A DNA stretch of 64,000 nt from Omnitrophica WOR_2 bacterium RIFOXYA2_FULL_38_17 (GTDB lineage Bacteria; Omnitrophota; Gorgyraeia; Zapsychrales; Zapsychraceae): the NCBI GenBank assembly GCA_001805965.1, contig MHHG01000024.1, positions 1,384 to 65,383 on the forward strand, read 5' to 3'. Below are positions 26,501 to 37,831 of the stretch, in pieces. The notes beneath the pieces are model-generated. The model did no database searches. It was given only the letters and a program-made list of their open reading frames with translations, and was not told the origin of the DNA. Both the position numbers and the translations under genes were made by a program. Position 1 is the stretch's first letter; each line of letters starts with the position of its first letter.

Positions 26501-28087
26501 TCGCCGCCGCCTCATCATGATATTTATTCAATTGAAGATCTTTCTCAGCTGATACATGATTTGAAGAATGCAAATCCGCAAGCAGATATTAGTGTTAAGC
26601 TGGTTGCTGAAATGGGAGTAGGTACCGTTGCGGCGGGAGTTTCAAAAGGCAAGGCAGATCATGTTCTAATAAGTGGTTATGAAGGAGGAACAGGAGCGTC
26701 CCCTCAAACATCGATAAAGCATGCTGGCCTTCCTATGGAATTAGGTATAGCTGAGACACAACAAGTGCTGGTCATGAACGATCTAAGAGGACGAATAAAG
26801 GTTCAGACGGATGGACAGCTAAGGACAGGAAGAGATGTTGTCATTGCCGGTATGTTCGGGGCTGATGAATTTGGTTTTGCGACGATAGCTTTAGTTTCTA
26901 TGGGATGCGTGATGTTGAGGAAATGCCATTTGAATGCATGTTCCGTCGGTATTGCAACTCAGGACCCTGAGCTTAGAAGGAATTTTAAAGGAAAAGCAGA
27001 GCATGTTGTTAATTATTTTACTTTTGTTGCGCAGGAAGTAAGAGAAATAATGGCGGAACTGGGTATAAGGAAATTTGAAGACCTTATTGGCAGGGTTGAC
27101 TATCTTGAAACGCGAGAAATTCTAGATCACTGGAAGGCAAAAGGAATTGATCTTACAGATGTTTTGCATCAGCCGGATGTACCTGACTATGTTGCAAAAA
27201 GGAACGTCGGTAAACAAGACCATGGCTTAGAGAAAGCCCTTGATCATCAATTGATTAAGCAAAGTAAGGCTGCTATAGAAGATAAGAAAGCTGTCTCTTT
27301 AGAGATGTTTATTAAAAATACGAATCGTACTGTAGGAACAATGCTGAGCCATCAAATTGCCTCCCGCTACGGGTTGGAAGGTCTTTCTGAAGATACTATA
27401 AAGGTTAAATTTACAGGCTCTGCAGGACAAAGCTTTGGAGCATTTCTTGCTAAAGGGATCACTTTCGAGCTCGAAGGAGATTCTAATGATTATGTGGGCA
27501 AAGGTCTTTCCGGAGGGAAAATTATTGTCTACCCTTCAAAGAAAGCAACTTTTATCTCACAAGACAATATCTTGATCGGAAATGTTGTTCTTTATGGAGC
27601 TATAATGGGTGAGGCTTATTTTAGAGGAATTGCAGGAGAACGTTTTTGTGTCAGAAACAGCGGAGCTAAAACCGTTGTTGAGGGAGTGGGAGATCATGGC
27701 TGTGAATATATGACCGGAGGGCGCACAGTTGTTTTAGGAAAGACAGGAAGGAATTTTGCTGCAGGAATGAGCGGTGGCGTGGCTTATGTCTGGGATCTTG
27801 ATGGAGATTTTAGTGGTAAGTGTAATATGGAAATGGTCGAGCTTTTCTCTGTCGTAAAAGAAAAAGATATTAATGAATTAAAGGGATTGATCGAGAATCA
27901 TTATAAATATACTGGTAGTATCGTTGCAAAGGGTATTCTAGATAACTGGAATGCAGCACTGCCTCAGTTCATCAAGGTTTTTCCTGTTGACTATAGAAGG
28001 GTTTTAGAAGAAGAACAGGCGAGAATGGAAGCATTATTAAAGAGCCAGGAAGTTGGAGTAGAAAATGAAGGGTGTTTTGAGGAATAA
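23534..28087 (+). CDS. gltB: Glutamate synthase large subunit
   Basis: 1517 aa. It has the N-terminal Ntn amidotransferase Cys (…HDSCGVGFVA…), an FMN domain and a C-terminal GXGXG domain. Confidence 0.9.
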   Translation: MENHFYPKKQGLYDPAFEHDSCGVGFVAHLKGKKSHKIICDGIQILENLTHRGATGSDPLTGDGAGILIQMPDAFLRKECTKININLPPEGDYAIGNVFLPHILFPRNTVKKWFSQVVKEEGQEFLGWRDVPCDNKQIGRVAASAEPTIRQVIIGRGKGTSREAFDRKLYVIRKILHNKVWGSSLSQRSYCYCCSLSSKTLLYKGQLMSEQVALYYKDLADTEMVSALAMVHSRYSTNTFPSWALAQPFRMICHNGEINTLRSNFNWMRAREHKLISNVFGEDIKKIFPISEEGASDSAVFDNTFELMVLAGRPMPHVIMMMIPEAWSGHESMPEQKKAFYEYNSCLMEPWDGPASIAFTDGKSIGAVLDRNGLRPSRYLVTKDDYVVMASETGVLDIAPENVILKGRLQPGKVFLVDTEAGRIIDDTELKNEYISKKPYAKWLKENVVNLDDLPQPEKKASMDDKELFVKQKAFGYTTEFLKMLFTPMVVEGKEAIGSMGCDTPLAVLSDKPQLLYNYFKQLFAQVTNPPVDPIREEVIMAEDVMLGAEGNLLDETPQQCRRLRLKRPIITNSELLKICNLNQEGLKSVTIDAIFKLSDSSDGIEIAMEEVFKKADAAIVEGCTILVLTDRGIDKDNLAIPSLLACAGLHHHLIRAGLRTNVSIVIETGEARSMHHYALLIGYGANAINPYLVYETVKSQINQGILPDNLVYGKVIENYLKSTRQGLLKIISKMGISTIQSYCGAQIFEAVGLNRDIIGKYFTATPSRIGGIGVKELTKETIMRHMDGYPQENSLSDQLDVGGYYRWRKQGEHHQLNPETISTLQHAVRTGNYELYKKFARLCNDKETNLSAIRGLVQFKKRRSVPIEEVEPVSEIVKRFATGAMSFGSISREAHETLAIAMNQLGGFSNTGEGGEKTERFKDQRRSKVKQVAQGRFGVTIEYLTNADQLQIKMAQGAKPGEGGHLPGHKVSQEIADTRHTTPGVGLISPPPHHDIYSIEDLSQLIHDLKNANPQADISVKLVAEMGVGTVAAGVSKGKADHVLISGYEGGTGASPQTSIKHAGLPMELGIAETQQVLVMNDLRGRIKVQTDGQLRTGRDVVIAGMFGADEFGFATIALVSMGCVMLRKCHLNACSVGIATQDPELRRNFKGKAEHVVNYFTFVAQEVREIMAELGIRKFEDLIGRVDYLETREILDHWKAKGIDLTDVLHQPDVPDYVAKRNVGKQDHGLEKALDHQLIKQSKAAIEDKKAVSLEMFIKNTNRTVGTMLSHQIASRYGLEGLSEDTIKVKFTGSAGQSFGAFLAKGITFELEGDSNDYVGKGLSGGKIIVYPSKKATFISQDNILIGNVVLYGAIMGEAYFRGIAGERFCVRNSGAKTVVEGVGDHGCEYMTGGRTVVLGKTGRNFAAGMSGGVAYVWDLDGDFSGKCNMEMVELFSVVKEKDINELKGLIENHYKYTGSIVAKGILDNWNAALPQFIKVFPVDYRRVLEEEQARMEALLKSQEVGVENEGCFEE

Positions 28088-28090
28088 TAA

Positions 28091-29518
28091 ATGGGTGAAG
28101 TAAAAGGATTTTTAAAATATGGCAGAAAGGATCTGAAGAAGAAACTTGTCGAAGAGCGATTGAAGAATTGGAACGAATTCACGGAATCTTTGGCAGAGCA
28201 AGATCTTAAGAATCAAGGCGCGCGGTGTATGGATTGCGGGGTGCCTTTTTGCCATTGGGGATGCCCTGTTTCGAATATTATTCCGGATTGGAATGATCTT
28301 GTCTACCAAGGAAGATGGAAAGAAGCCCTTGACGTCTTAAGCTCAACAAATAATTTTCCTGAAGTTACAGGACGGGTCTGCCCTGCCCCATGTGAAAACT
28401 CCTGTGTTCTTGCTATCAATGACCCAGCTGTTACCATCAAGAATATTGAGGCCGCTATTGCTGAAAAAGGCTTTCAAGAGGGATGGATAAAACCAAGGCC
28501 CCCTAAGAAGCGGACAGGCAAAACAGTTGCAATTATTGGCTCTGGACCAGCAGGCTTGGCATGTGCGGACCTCTTGAACGGAAGCGGACATCAAGTGACC
28601 GTATATGAAAAAAATGAGGTTCTTGGCGGGTTGATGACCTTGGGCATACCAACATATAAGCTTGAAAAAACAGTTGTTGAAAGAAGATTGGCTATACTTG
28701 AAAAAGAAGGTATTAAATTCAAGACAAAAGTAAATATAGGTGTGAATGTATCTGCTGATGAATTGAAAAAGAAATTTGATGCGGTTGTTCTTTGTGGAGG
28801 GGCAGAGCAACCACGGGATTTGCAGGTAGATGGAAGAGATCTACAAGGTATTTATTTTGCAATGGATTTTTTAACACAGCAGACAAGGGTGAACTTAGGT
28901 TTTAAAATAGACAAAGAGAACAGAATAGATGTAAAGGGTAAAAAGGTTGTTATTCTTGGTGGAGGAGATACGGGTTCTGATTGTATTGGGACAGCTAATA
29001 GACAAGGAGCAGCATCAGTAACGCAGTTTGAACTTCTTCCAGAGCCGCCCAAAGAAAGAGATGCTGATAATCCCTGGCCCCAGTGGGCTGCAATAAAAAG
29101 GGTTTCTACCTCTCAGGAAGAAGGCTGTGATGTTCATTATTGTGTCATGACAAAAAACTTCATTGGAGAGGGTGGAAAGCTTAAGAAATTAAAGGCGGTT
29201 AGAGTGGCGTTTGGGGCAAAAGATCCAGAAACGGGCAGAAGTCCGATGAAGGAAGTTGAAGGATCTGAGTTTGAAATTGATTGTGATTATGTTTTTTTGG
29301 CCATGGGATTTTTGGGACCATGCAAAGAGGGGATGATCAAAGAGCTTGGGGTCGCGCTTGATGCAAGGGGTAATATTAAGACGGATATTACTTATATGTC
29401 AAGTATTGAAGGTGTGTTTTCTGCAGGGGATATGAGAACAGGGCAATCATTGGTTGTAAGGGCTATTGATGAAGGGCGCAATGCAGCTTTGTCAGTGCAT
29501 AAATGGCTGAGCAAATAG
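28091..29518 (+). CDS. gltD: Glutamate synthase small subunit (NADPH-dependent)
   Basis: 475 aa. It has Fe-S Cys motifs (…CMDCGVPFCHWGCP…) and the FAD/NAD Rossmann motif IGSGPAGLACA. Confidence 0.9.
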   Translation: MGEVKGFLKYGRKDLKKKLVEERLKNWNEFTESLAEQDLKNQGARCMDCGVPFCHWGCPVSNIIPDWNDLVYQGRWKEALDVLSSTNNFPEVTGRVCPAPCENSCVLAINDPAVTIKNIEAAIAEKGFQEGWIKPRPPKKRTGKTVAIIGSGPAGLACADLLNGSGHQVTVYEKNEVLGGLMTLGIPTYKLEKTVVERRLAILEKEGIKFKTKVNIGVNVSADELKKKFDAVVLCGGAEQPRDLQVDGRDLQGIYFAMDFLTQQTRVNLGFKIDKENRIDVKGKKVVILGGGDTGSDCIGTANRQGAASVTQFELLPEPPKERDADNPWPQWAAIKRVSTSQEEGCDVHYCVMTKNFIGEGGKLKKLKAVRVAFGAKDPETGRSPMKEVEGSEFEIDCDYVFLAMGFLGPCKEGMIKELGVALDARGNIKTDITYMSSIEGVFSAGDMRTGQSLVVRAIDEGRNAALSVHKWLSK

Positions 29519-29653
29519 AGCTTTAGGTCAGGATTTGAGCCTTTATTTTCCAGGATAAACTATTTTTAAAAAGTAAAGGCAATAATCCTTGAGAAACCGA
29601 TAAGCTATTGTATAATAGTTTCATAATATTAATAATATTTAAGAGGAGTTTAT

Positions 29654-30118
29654 ATGAAAAGATTTATGCTCGTAGTTGCCGCAGTCGTGTTTTTAATTGG
29701 TTGTGGGCCAAAGCCCGAGCAAGCTGTAAAAAAAACAAACAGTAAAGAATATATTGATGCAGGAATGAACTATCTTAAGCAGGGAGATGTCGTTAATGCT
29801 ATTAAGAATTTTGACACAGCCATAAAAGTAGACCCAAGAAATCCTGAGAACTATATTGTTTTAGGGCAAGTTTATCTTAGGCTTAAGAATTATCAGTCCG
29901 CTATTGATACGTTGTCTGCAGCAACAAAGGTCGCGCCGAACAGCGGAGAGGCGTATTATTTTTTAGCGACGAGCAGAATGATGAGGCAGAATCCAGGGGA
30001 TAAAGAACAAGCTATTGAAGATGCAAAAATGAGCGCAGAAATATTTTTGAGAAATAATGATAAAGAGAGATTACAGAAGGCGATTGCTTTAGTCCAGAGT
30101 TTTTCGCAAGTTCAATAA
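29654..30118 (+). CDS. TPR-repeat lipoprotein
   Basis: 154 aa with a signal peptide and lipobox (LIGCG), followed by TPR-like repeats. Confidence 0.6.
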   Translation: MKRFMLVVAAVVFLIGCGPKPEQAVKKTNSKEYIDAGMNYLKQGDVVNAIKNFDTAIKVDPRNPENYIVLGQVYLRLKNYQSAIDTLSAATKVAPNSGEAYYFLATSRMMRQNPGDKEQAIEDAKMSAEIFLRNNDKERLQKAIALVQSFSQVQ

Positions 30119-30136
30119 GTTTGGTTTTCTATCTTC

Positions 30137-30808
30137 ATGTTCCAAGTAAGAGATAATATAAGATTTTACAGTATCAAAGCAATGCTTGAAAAAGCTGTTT
30201 TGTTATCTTTGTTAATGCTTTTTGAAACGAGTGTTTTTACTCAAGAATCTATGGCAAGCGGCGCTATATCTCAAGGAAAGCAAGCGCAACAGGCAGCTCA
30301 GCAGCAGGCAGCCCAGCAAATCTTGGCTCAGCAAGCTGCACAGGAGATTGCTCAGCAACAAGCTCAAGGACAAGTGCCAGCAATTCAGGAGCCGCAATAT
30401 AAAAGCAGAGCGCAAAAGTCTAGAACACTAAGAAGAGAAGTTGATGATTTAAAGGCGCATGAGATAGTTGATATTTATGAGGTTTGGGAGCAGATGGAAC
30501 GCTCAACTGAGGTCTGGGCATTGATAATGGATTATGCTCCCAAAGAAGTTACGGTTTCCAGGTATATCAGATTGTATGCAGAAGGCGGCATATATATTAG
30601 AAAATCTTCTAGTCATTATGTAAAGTTAATAGATTCCATGGCTAAGGAAAGTCCGGACCTTTTAAAAAGTCCATTTCGGGAAGTTTTAAGATTTATAGCT
30701 ATTATGGAATATGATTTTGATAATGGGCAGGACAGAGATAAATTGGCCTTGCAGGCTTTGGGCCAAAAATTATACGAAGATAATAGGATTAGACTGGGTA
30801 TTGAGTAA
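30137..30808 (+). CDS. Hypothetical secreted protein with a Q/A-rich low-complexity region
   Basis: 223 aa with a hydrophobic N-terminus and then QAAQQQAAQQILAQQAAQEIAQQQAQ. The start is uncertain. Confidence 0.45.
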   Translation: MFQVRDNIRFYSIKAMLEKAVLLSLLMLFETSVFTQESMASGAISQGKQAQQAAQQQAAQQILAQQAAQEIAQQQAQGQVPAIQEPQYKSRAQKSRTLRREVDDLKAHEIVDIYEVWEQMERSTEVWALIMDYAPKEVTVSRYIRLYAEGGIYIRKSSSHYVKLIDSMAKESPDLLKSPFREVLRFIAIMEYDFDNGQDRDKLALQALGQKLYEDNRIRLGIE

Positions 30809-30847
30809 GAATGAATTAAGAATAAATCTGATAAGATTGGATAGCAA

Positions 30848-31630
30848 ATGATAAAAAGGATCTTAATAGTTGATGATGCACCAGTTACTCTGACAATGGC
30901 TAAACAGCAGGCAGAAAAAGAAGGCTATGTTGTTTATGTCGCAGGCAATGGCAAAGAAGGCCTTAAAATAGTCAGGAGTAAAAAAATTGATCTTGTCATT
31001 ACTGATGTTGTGATGCCTGTTATGGATGGTGTAGATTTCTTTAATGCCCTGAAGAGTGACCCGAGCACAATGCATATTCCTGTCATAGTTATTACTGATA
31101 GCATGGTCATTCAGGAATCCTTCCGTGCCCTTGGTGTTAATGATTTTTTAGCCAAGCCTTTTGATGGAAGCGTACTGATCGAGAGAATCCAAAGGATCAA
31201 GAAATTGGAATTAGGCCCCCACAGGCATGGAAAAGTTGTAATTATTGGTGCTGGTACTAATGATGGTGTTTTGGAAATGAGGCGGTTGCTTGAGAAAAAT
31301 GGTTGCTCTGTGGTTCTTTCTAGCAATGGTGTTGATTCAATTGCTAAGGTGCTAAGAGTTGTTCCCCATATTGTTTTGATCGATGTTATGTTGACAGATG
31401 TTTCCGCAAAAGAAGTTATCAAAGCGTTAAGAAGCTTTATTAAACTGCAGGATATGAAAATTCTTGTGTATACTTTTCTTTCTCCAGAGAAAATGTTCAA
31501 TGTTGAAGCGGTTGAACAACTAAAAGATTCAAAAAATGCTTGTATGGATGCAGGCGGAACAGACTATATTGGCAGATTCTCAGCACTAACTTTCATTGAT
31601 AGCATGCATAAATATTGGATTCATGAGTAA
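30848..31630 (+). CDS. Stand-alone tandem receiver (REC-REC) response regulator without output domain
   Basis: 260 aa. The first half is CheY-like (ILIVDDAP...LVITDVVMPVMDG...). The second half is a divergent REC-like fold. Confidence 0.65.
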   Translation: MIKRILIVDDAPVTLTMAKQQAEKEGYVVYVAGNGKEGLKIVRSKKIDLVITDVVMPVMDGVDFFNALKSDPSTMHIPVIVITDSMVIQESFRALGVNDFLAKPFDGSVLIERIQRIKKLELGPHRHGKVVIIGAGTNDGVLEMRRLLEKNGCSVVLSSNGVDSIAKVLRVVPHIVLIDVMLTDVSAKEVIKALRSFIKLQDMKILVYTFLSPEKMFNVEAVEQLKDSKNACMDAGGTDYIGRFSALTFIDSMHKYWIHE

Positions 31631-31820
31631 ACCCGCTCATCTTGAATATTAGTGCGATCACAAGCATTTCTTTTCTTTTTGTTTTAAAAATCACACGACA
31701 TATAAGATATTTGCAAAAAAAAGGCTTATTTGTGCCTTTTACGTAATCAATATCGGTATTTTCTTGCATTATAATAAGATTATTATTATGATTATAGTAA
31801 TAGCGAGCAGGCATTATCTC

Positions 31821-31849
31821 TTGACAAATCATGGTAAAAAATGTATTAT
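31821..31849 (+). promoter_or_regulatory. Sigma-70-like promoter (TTGACA-17-TATTAT) for carAB
   Basis: TTGACA 31821-31826, TATTAT 31844-31849. It is preceded by a terminator-like hairpin at ~31723-31745 (AAAGGC...GCCTTT). Confidence 0.5.
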
Positions 31850-31952
31850 TCTGCCCGTGAAAGAGGTTAATTAAATATTCTGTTGAGTTGTAGTACAGAT
31901 AAAATAAATAGACTTTAAGTTTTCATTCCAAGCCCCACATAGCAAACATTAA

Positions 31953-33065
31953 ATGAAAAAAGCAATACTATTTTTAGAAGATGGAAGATATTTTTATGGC
32001 CAGGCTTTGTCAGCTACAGGTGACACATCTGGTGAAGTAGTGTTCAATACTTCAATGACAGGATATCAGGAGATCTTGACTGATCCTTCATATGCCGGTC
32101 AGATCGTGGCGATGACATATCCTCTGATAGGGAACTATGGAGTTAATGAAGAGGATGTTGAGTCAAATAAGATACATTTAAAAGGATTTGTTGTTAAGGA
32201 GTTTTGCCGACGCCATTCAAATTTTAGAGCCACAAAAAGCCTCATTGATTATCTTGATGAAAACAAGATCATTGCTATAGAAGGTATAGATACGCGGGCT
32301 TTAACTCGCCATATCCGTGAAAAAGGCGCAATGAAAGCATTGATCTCAACGGAAGATCTTGACTTGAAGAGCCTTCAGGGAAAGGTAAATAAAGCCCCGT
32401 CAATGGAAGGCAGTGATTGGGTTGAAAAAGTATCAGTTCAAGAGAAATATGTTTGGAAGGGCGAGGAAAGAACTGAAATTAAATACAAGGTCGCAGCAAT
32501 AGATTGCGGTATCAAATTCAATATATTGCGCATTCTTTCACGATTAGGCTGTGAAGTGCATGTTTTTCCTGCCAAAACATCCGCAAAGGAATTGCTGGCT
32601 ATTAAGCCAGATGGGCTTTTTGTATCTAACGGTCCTGGAGACCCTGCCGCAGTTACATATGTTATTGAAACTTTGAAACAATTATTCGGCAAGATTCCTA
32701 TCTTTGGTATTTGTTTAGGACATCAGATGTTAGGGCTGGCTTTAGGGGGAAAGACGTTTAAGCTCAAATTTGGCCATCACGGAGCTAATCATCCTGTTAA
32801 GCATTTAATGGATGGGAGAATTGGAATAACCTCGCAGAATCACGGGTTCTGTGTTGATATAGATAGTATTAAAGAGGGAGATATTGAGATCGTTGATATC
32901 AATCTAAATGACAATACAGCTGAAGGTTTGAGGCACAAGAAATATCCTATAATATCCTTTCAGCACCATCCGGAGGCAGCTCCTGGGCCGCACGACGTAC
33001 AATATCTCTTTAAGTATTTTATTGAAATGATCGAAGAAAGCAAAAAAGCAGGCAAGCATGCCTAA
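31953..33065 (+). CDS. carA: Carbamoyl-phosphate synthase small (glutaminase) subunit
   Basis: 370 aa with a class-I GATase triad region (…GICLGHQ…). Confidence 0.9.
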   Translation: MKKAILFLEDGRYFYGQALSATGDTSGEVVFNTSMTGYQEILTDPSYAGQIVAMTYPLIGNYGVNEEDVESNKIHLKGFVVKEFCRRHSNFRATKSLIDYLDENKIIAIEGIDTRALTRHIREKGAMKALISTEDLDLKSLQGKVNKAPSMEGSDWVEKVSVQEKYVWKGEERTEIKYKVAAIDCGIKFNILRILSRLGCEVHVFPAKTSAKELLAIKPDGLFVSNGPGDPAAVTYVIETLKQLFGKIPIFGICLGHQMLGLALGGKTFKLKFGHHGANHPVKHLMDGRIGITSQNHGFCVDIDSIKEGDIEIVDINLNDNTAEGLRHKKYPIISFQHHPEAAPGPHDVQYLFKYFIEMIEESKKAGKHA

Positions 33066-36000
33066 AAGAACAGATATTAAAAAAATATTGATTATTGGCT
33101 CCGGCCCTATTGTGATCGGCCAGGCCTGTGAATTTGACTATTCAGGAACCCAAGCTTGTCGTGTATTGAAGGAAGAGGGCTTTGAAATAGTTCTTGTTAA
33201 TTCAAACCCTGCGACTATCATGACTGATCCCGAGATCGCTGATCAGACATATATTGAGCCCCTGACGCCAGAGTTTGTCGAATATGTTATTGAGAAAGAG
33301 CGCCCATGTGCTATCTTGCCTACGCTTGGAGGGCAGACTGCTTTAAATATTGCAATGAAGCTTTATGAAAACAAGGTCCTGGAAAAGTATAATGTGAAAA
33401 TGCTTGGAGCTGATTATGATGTTATCAAAAAGGCTGAGGACAGGCAGTGTTTTAAAGAAGCGATTTTAAAGATCGGGCTAGAGGTACCTGAGAGTGAATT
33501 TGCTTATTCTATGGAAGAAGCAAGAGTTGCAGTAAAGAAAATAGGATATCCTGTGATCATACGTCCCAGCTATACTTTAGGTGGAACAGGTGGCGGGTTT
33601 GCTCACAATGATAAGGAATTTGAGAAAATTGCTTCTTTGGGTCTGGAGAGCAGCATGAACAGCGAGATCATTATTGAGGAATCTATTGTCGGATGGAAAG
33701 AGTATGAGCTTGAGGTCATGAGAGACAATAAAGATAATGTTGTTATTGTCTGCTCAATTGAGAATCTAGACCCTATGGGGGTCCATACTGGCGATAGTAT
33801 TACAGTTGCTCCGGCCCAGACATTGACAGATAAAGAATATCAAATCATGAGAAATGCATCATTAGCGATCATTCGAGAGATAGGCGTTGAGACTGGAGGG
33901 TCCAATATTCAGTTTGCTATCGATCCTACTAACGGCAGGATGATCGTTATTGAAATGAACCCAAGAGTATCGAGAAGTTCAGCCCTGGCAAGTAAGGCGA
34001 CAGGCTTTCCTATCGCGAAGTTTGCTGCAAAGCTTGCTGTAGGCTACTCATTGGATGAAATCCAAAACGACATTACAAGGGAGACACCGGCATCATTTGA
34101 GCCAACGATCGATTACTGCGTTGTAAAAGCGCCGCGCTTTACATTTGAGAAATTCCCCGAGGCGAAAGACATTTTAGGCGTACAGATGAAGTCTGTTGGC
34201 GAAACAATGGCCATTGGAAGGACTTTCAAAGAAGCGCTACAGAAGAGCTTAAGAGGGCTTGAGATAGGCCATATAGGATTTGATAACAAATTAGATTTTA
34301 ATGATATTCCTGACGAAAAAATTGAAACACGTTTAAAAGAACCTAATGCTTCAAGGATATTTTATATTAAGTATGCCCTTCAAAAAGGCTGGAGTATCGA
34401 GAGGATCTTTGATCTAAGCAAGATAGACTGCTGGTTCCTTGCGCATATGGAGCAGATCTTTAATCTTGAAAAAGAAATAGTTACAACGATCGAGAAAGAA
34501 AAGGATGTTCCGGACGACCTTCTTCGCAAAGCAAAGGAATACGGATTTAGTGATGCACAGCTGTCAAAAATGCTAGGGATCACAGAGGTTGAATTTAGAG
34601 CGAAAAGAAAAGAAAAAGGCATTATTGCAACTTTCAAATTAGTTGATACTTGCGCTGCCGAGTTTGAAGCATATACTCCTTATTTTTACTCGACTTATGA
34701 GACCGAAGATGAAGCTTGTTTACAGATTGCAAAATTTGACAAGGAAAAAGCCTGCCTGCCGGGAGCCAGTGTGGGGAAAAGGAAAAGAATAATGATCCTT
34801 GGCGGAGGGCCGAACAGGATAGGGCAAGGCATTGAATTTGACTATTGTTGCTGTCACGCATCTTTTGCTCTCGGGGAAATGGGTTATGACACTATTATGG
34901 TGAACTCTAATCCGGAGACTGTTTCTACTGACTATGATATTTCAGACAGGCTTTATTTTGAGCCTCTTACATTTGAAGATGTGATGAATATAGTTGATGT
35001 TGAGAATCCCGACGGTGTCATTGTTCAGTTCGGGGGGCAAACCCCGCTGAATTTAGCCAAGAGATTGAGCGACGCAGGCGTTCCTATTATCGGAACAAGT
35101 GTTGAGTCTATTGATCTCGCTGAAGATAGGGAAAAATTTTCCAAGCTGATCAAAGAGCTTGGTTTGATACAGCCGGAAAATGGTTTTGCTAATTCTGCTG
35201 AAGAGGCTGTTGAGGTCGCAAAAAAAATCGGATATCCGGTTTTAGCCAGGCCATCATATGTTCTGGGTGGTAGGGCAATGAAAATAGTTTATTCTAAAGA
35301 GGGCTTACTGTCTTTTGTCGAAGAGGCCAAAGAGGTCTCGCAAGGGCATCCAATACTTATTGATAAATTTATTGAAGATGCTGTGGAAGTGGATGTTGAT
35401 GCGATGTCTGATGGTAATGATACGTTTGTGGCAGGCATTATGGAGCATATAGAGAACGCAGGTATACATTCCGGTGATTCTGCGTGTGTTCTTCCTCCGG
35501 CCACGATCAGTGAGATAATGGTCCAGCAGATCAGAGAAGAAACAAGAAGGATCGCAAAGGCTTTAAATGTCATCGGACTTTTGAATATTCAGTTCGCCAT
35601 AAAAGGACGAAGGCTCTATGTTCTTGAGGTTAATCCCAGAGCATCTAGAACAGTGCCCTTTGTAAGCAAGGCTACAGGAATGCAGTTAGCGAAGATGGCT
35701 GCTCAAATAATGGTGGGAGAGCCATTAAGTAAATTTAATTTGTCGTACGATAAACTTGATAACATGAAACATTTTTCTGTAAAAGAGTCGGTGCTGCCTT
35801 TCTCTAAGTTCTCGGGTGTAGATATTGTGTTGGGCCCTGAAATGAAATCTACAGGTGAGGTTATGGGTATTGCAGCTACTTTTGGTGAAGCGTATGCAAA
35901 ATCCCAAACTAGTGCTTATCAAGAGCTGCCTCAGAAAGGAAAGATTTTTATAAGTGTCAATGACGAGGATAAAAGAGCGATCGTCTTTATGGCAAAAAGA

Positions 36001-36342
36001 CTTGCTGATTTGGGATTTTCTATTGTTTCTACTCGGGGAACAGCAAAGGTTTTGCGCTCAAATGGTGTAGAGACCGAAGAAGTTGCCCGTTACGATCAGG
36101 GAGCAAAGAATTCTTTGAATACAATGAGGTTGTTGGAAAATAACGAGATCAAGCTGATCATTAATACGCCATCAGGCCAAAGAAGCCAGTCTGATATGAG
36201 GTCAATCCGGGCTGCGGCAAATCTTCACAATGTTCCGTGCATTACAACTTTGCAGGGAGCATGGGCCGCTATAAACGGGATAGAGTCTCGCAAGATAAAA
36301 AAATTCTCAGTTCAGTCTTTGCAGCAGTATTATATTGGTTGA
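33058..36342 (+). CDS. carB: Carbamoyl-phosphate synthase large subunit
   Basis: 1094 aa with duplicated ATP-grasp halves and a C-terminal MGS-like domain. It overlaps carA by 8 nt. Confidence 0.9.
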   Translation: MPKRTDIKKILIIGSGPIVIGQACEFDYSGTQACRVLKEEGFEIVLVNSNPATIMTDPEIADQTYIEPLTPEFVEYVIEKERPCAILPTLGGQTALNIAMKLYENKVLEKYNVKMLGADYDVIKKAEDRQCFKEAILKIGLEVPESEFAYSMEEARVAVKKIGYPVIIRPSYTLGGTGGGFAHNDKEFEKIASLGLESSMNSEIIIEESIVGWKEYELEVMRDNKDNVVIVCSIENLDPMGVHTGDSITVAPAQTLTDKEYQIMRNASLAIIREIGVETGGSNIQFAIDPTNGRMIVIEMNPRVSRSSALASKATGFPIAKFAAKLAVGYSLDEIQNDITRETPASFEPTIDYCVVKAPRFTFEKFPEAKDILGVQMKSVGETMAIGRTFKEALQKSLRGLEIGHIGFDNKLDFNDIPDEKIETRLKEPNASRIFYIKYALQKGWSIERIFDLSKIDCWFLAHMEQIFNLEKEIVTTIEKEKDVPDDLLRKAKEYGFSDAQLSKMLGITEVEFRAKRKEKGIIATFKLVDTCAAEFEAYTPYFYSTYETEDEACLQIAKFDKEKACLPGASVGKRKRIMILGGGPNRIGQGIEFDYCCCHASFALGEMGYDTIMVNSNPETVSTDYDISDRLYFEPLTFEDVMNIVDVENPDGVIVQFGGQTPLNLAKRLSDAGVPIIGTSVESIDLAEDREKFSKLIKELGLIQPENGFANSAEEAVEVAKKIGYPVLARPSYVLGGRAMKIVYSKEGLLSFVEEAKEVSQGHPILIDKFIEDAVEVDVDAMSDGNDTFVAGIMEHIENAGIHSGDSACVLPPATISEIMVQQIREETRRIAKALNVIGLLNIQFAIKGRRLYVLEVNPRASRTVPFVSKATGMQLAKMAAQIMVGEPLSKFNLSYDKLDNMKHFSVKESVLPFSKFSGVDIVLGPEMKSTGEVMGIAATFGEAYAKSQTSAYQELPQKGKIFISVNDEDKRAIVFMAKRLADLGFSIVSTRGTAKVLRSNGVETEEVARYDQGAKNSLNTMRLLENNEIKLIINTPSGQRSQSDMRSIRAAANLHNVPCITTLQGAWAAINGIESRKIKKFSVQSLQQYYIG

Positions 36343-36404
36343 AATAAATAATTAGGTTTAATGTTTTGTTTCTTCAGTATTTAGAGCGTTGAAAGGAATT
36401 ATAT

Positions 36405-37775
36405 ATGTGTGGTATTATCGGAGTTTCTAATATTGAGAATGCATCCAGGGTTGCTATGCTGGGCCTGCATGCGTTGCAGCATAGAGGAGAAGAAGCTGCC
36501 GGAATAGCTTCTTATGACGGGCAAAATGTCCATATAATAAAAAATACCGGGCTGGTTGATGATGCTATTAGCGCTATTCAAGTAGCAGAGCTAAAAGGCT
36601 CAACTGCTGTAGGCCATTGCCGTTATTCTACAACCGGGTCCAGCAATTATAAGAATATCCAGCCGTTCTTGGTTACGCATAAAAAGAAACGCATTGCAGT
36701 GGCTCATAACGGGAACTTAACTAACACTGAAGAGCTTTATAAGAAACTAGAAGAAGAAGGTTCTATTTTTCAGACAACCATGGATTCAGAGATCATCGTG
36801 CACCTTTTAGTTAAAACAAAGAACGGGGACCTCAAGCAATGGTTCTCAAATGTGTTAAGCCAGCTGCAAGGTGCTTTTTCTTTGATATTTTTGATCGAAG
36901 ATACGATAGTCGGAGCACGTGATAGAAATGGTTTTAGGCCATTATCGATCGGCAAGCTTGATGGAAAGTATATTTTGGCGAGCGAAAGTTGCGCTCTTGA
37001 TCTTTTGCAGGCAGAATTTGTTCGTGAAGTTGAGCCTGGAGAGATCGTGATAGTTAAGGGGGATAAGCTTGAATCAGTCTTTATGCCTGGCACAAAAGAG
37101 GCAAAAAGATCTTACTGTATATTTGAAAATATTTATTTTGCGCGTCCTGACAGCGATATTTTTCACGATAATGTTTATCAGGTAAGAAAGAGGCTGGGTG
37201 CTCAACTGGCAAAAGAACATCCTGCAGATGCTGATTTTGTCATGGCAATACCCGATTCAGGCAACTATGCGGCTTTAGGTTATGCCAATGAGATGAAAAT
37301 GCCTTTTGAAGTTGGGATAATCCGTAATCACTATGTTGGAAGAACATTTATTCAGCCAACGCAGCTAATGAGGGATTTTAGAGTACGTGTTAAGCTTAAT
37401 CCGATCAGAAGCGTGCTTAAAGACAAAAAGATCATTGTTGTTGAAGACTCGATTGTCAGAGGAACAACATCAAGAAGCCGTATTGAAGCATTACGAAGAG
37501 CAGGAGCAAAAGAGATACACATGAGGATCAGCTGTCCGCCTATTAAATGGCCGTGTTTTTATGGTATTGATTTTCCAAGCAAAAATGAATTGATCGCCTC
37601 AAACAAAAAAGTAAAAGAGATCGCGGATTTTATTAAAGTTGATTCATTGGAATATTTAAGCTTAGAGGGGATGTTATCAGTTATGAACGAATCAGGGAAT
37701 TTCTGTGATGCGTGCTTTACCGGAAATTATCCGGTAGCCATTCCAACAAACAAAAGCAAATATCTTTTGGAATGA
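36405..37775 (+). CDS. purF: Amidophosphoribosyltransferase
   Basis: 456 aa with an N-terminal MCGIIGV Ntn nucleophile and a PRTase domain. Confidence 0.9.
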   Translation: MCGIIGVSNIENASRVAMLGLHALQHRGEEAAGIASYDGQNVHIIKNTGLVDDAISAIQVAELKGSTAVGHCRYSTTGSSNYKNIQPFLVTHKKKRIAVAHNGNLTNTEELYKKLEEEGSIFQTTMDSEIIVHLLVKTKNGDLKQWFSNVLSQLQGAFSLIFLIEDTIVGARDRNGFRPLSIGKLDGKYILASESCALDLLQAEFVREVEPGEIVIVKGDKLESVFMPGTKEAKRSYCIFENIYFARPDSDIFHDNVYQVRKRLGAQLAKEHPADADFVMAIPDSGNYAALGYANEMKMPFEVGIIRNHYVGRTFIQPTQLMRDFRVRVKLNPIRSVLKDKKIIVVEDSIVRGTTSRSRIEALRRAGAKEIHMRISCPPIKWPCFYGIDFPSKNELIASNKKVKEIADFIKVDSLEYLSLEGMLSVMNESGNFCDACFTGNYPVAIPTNKSKYLLE

Positions 37776-37831
37776 TAGAATTATAAATTTTTAGTAATCA
37801 ATAAAGGCTTCAACCAAGAGGATACATAATC

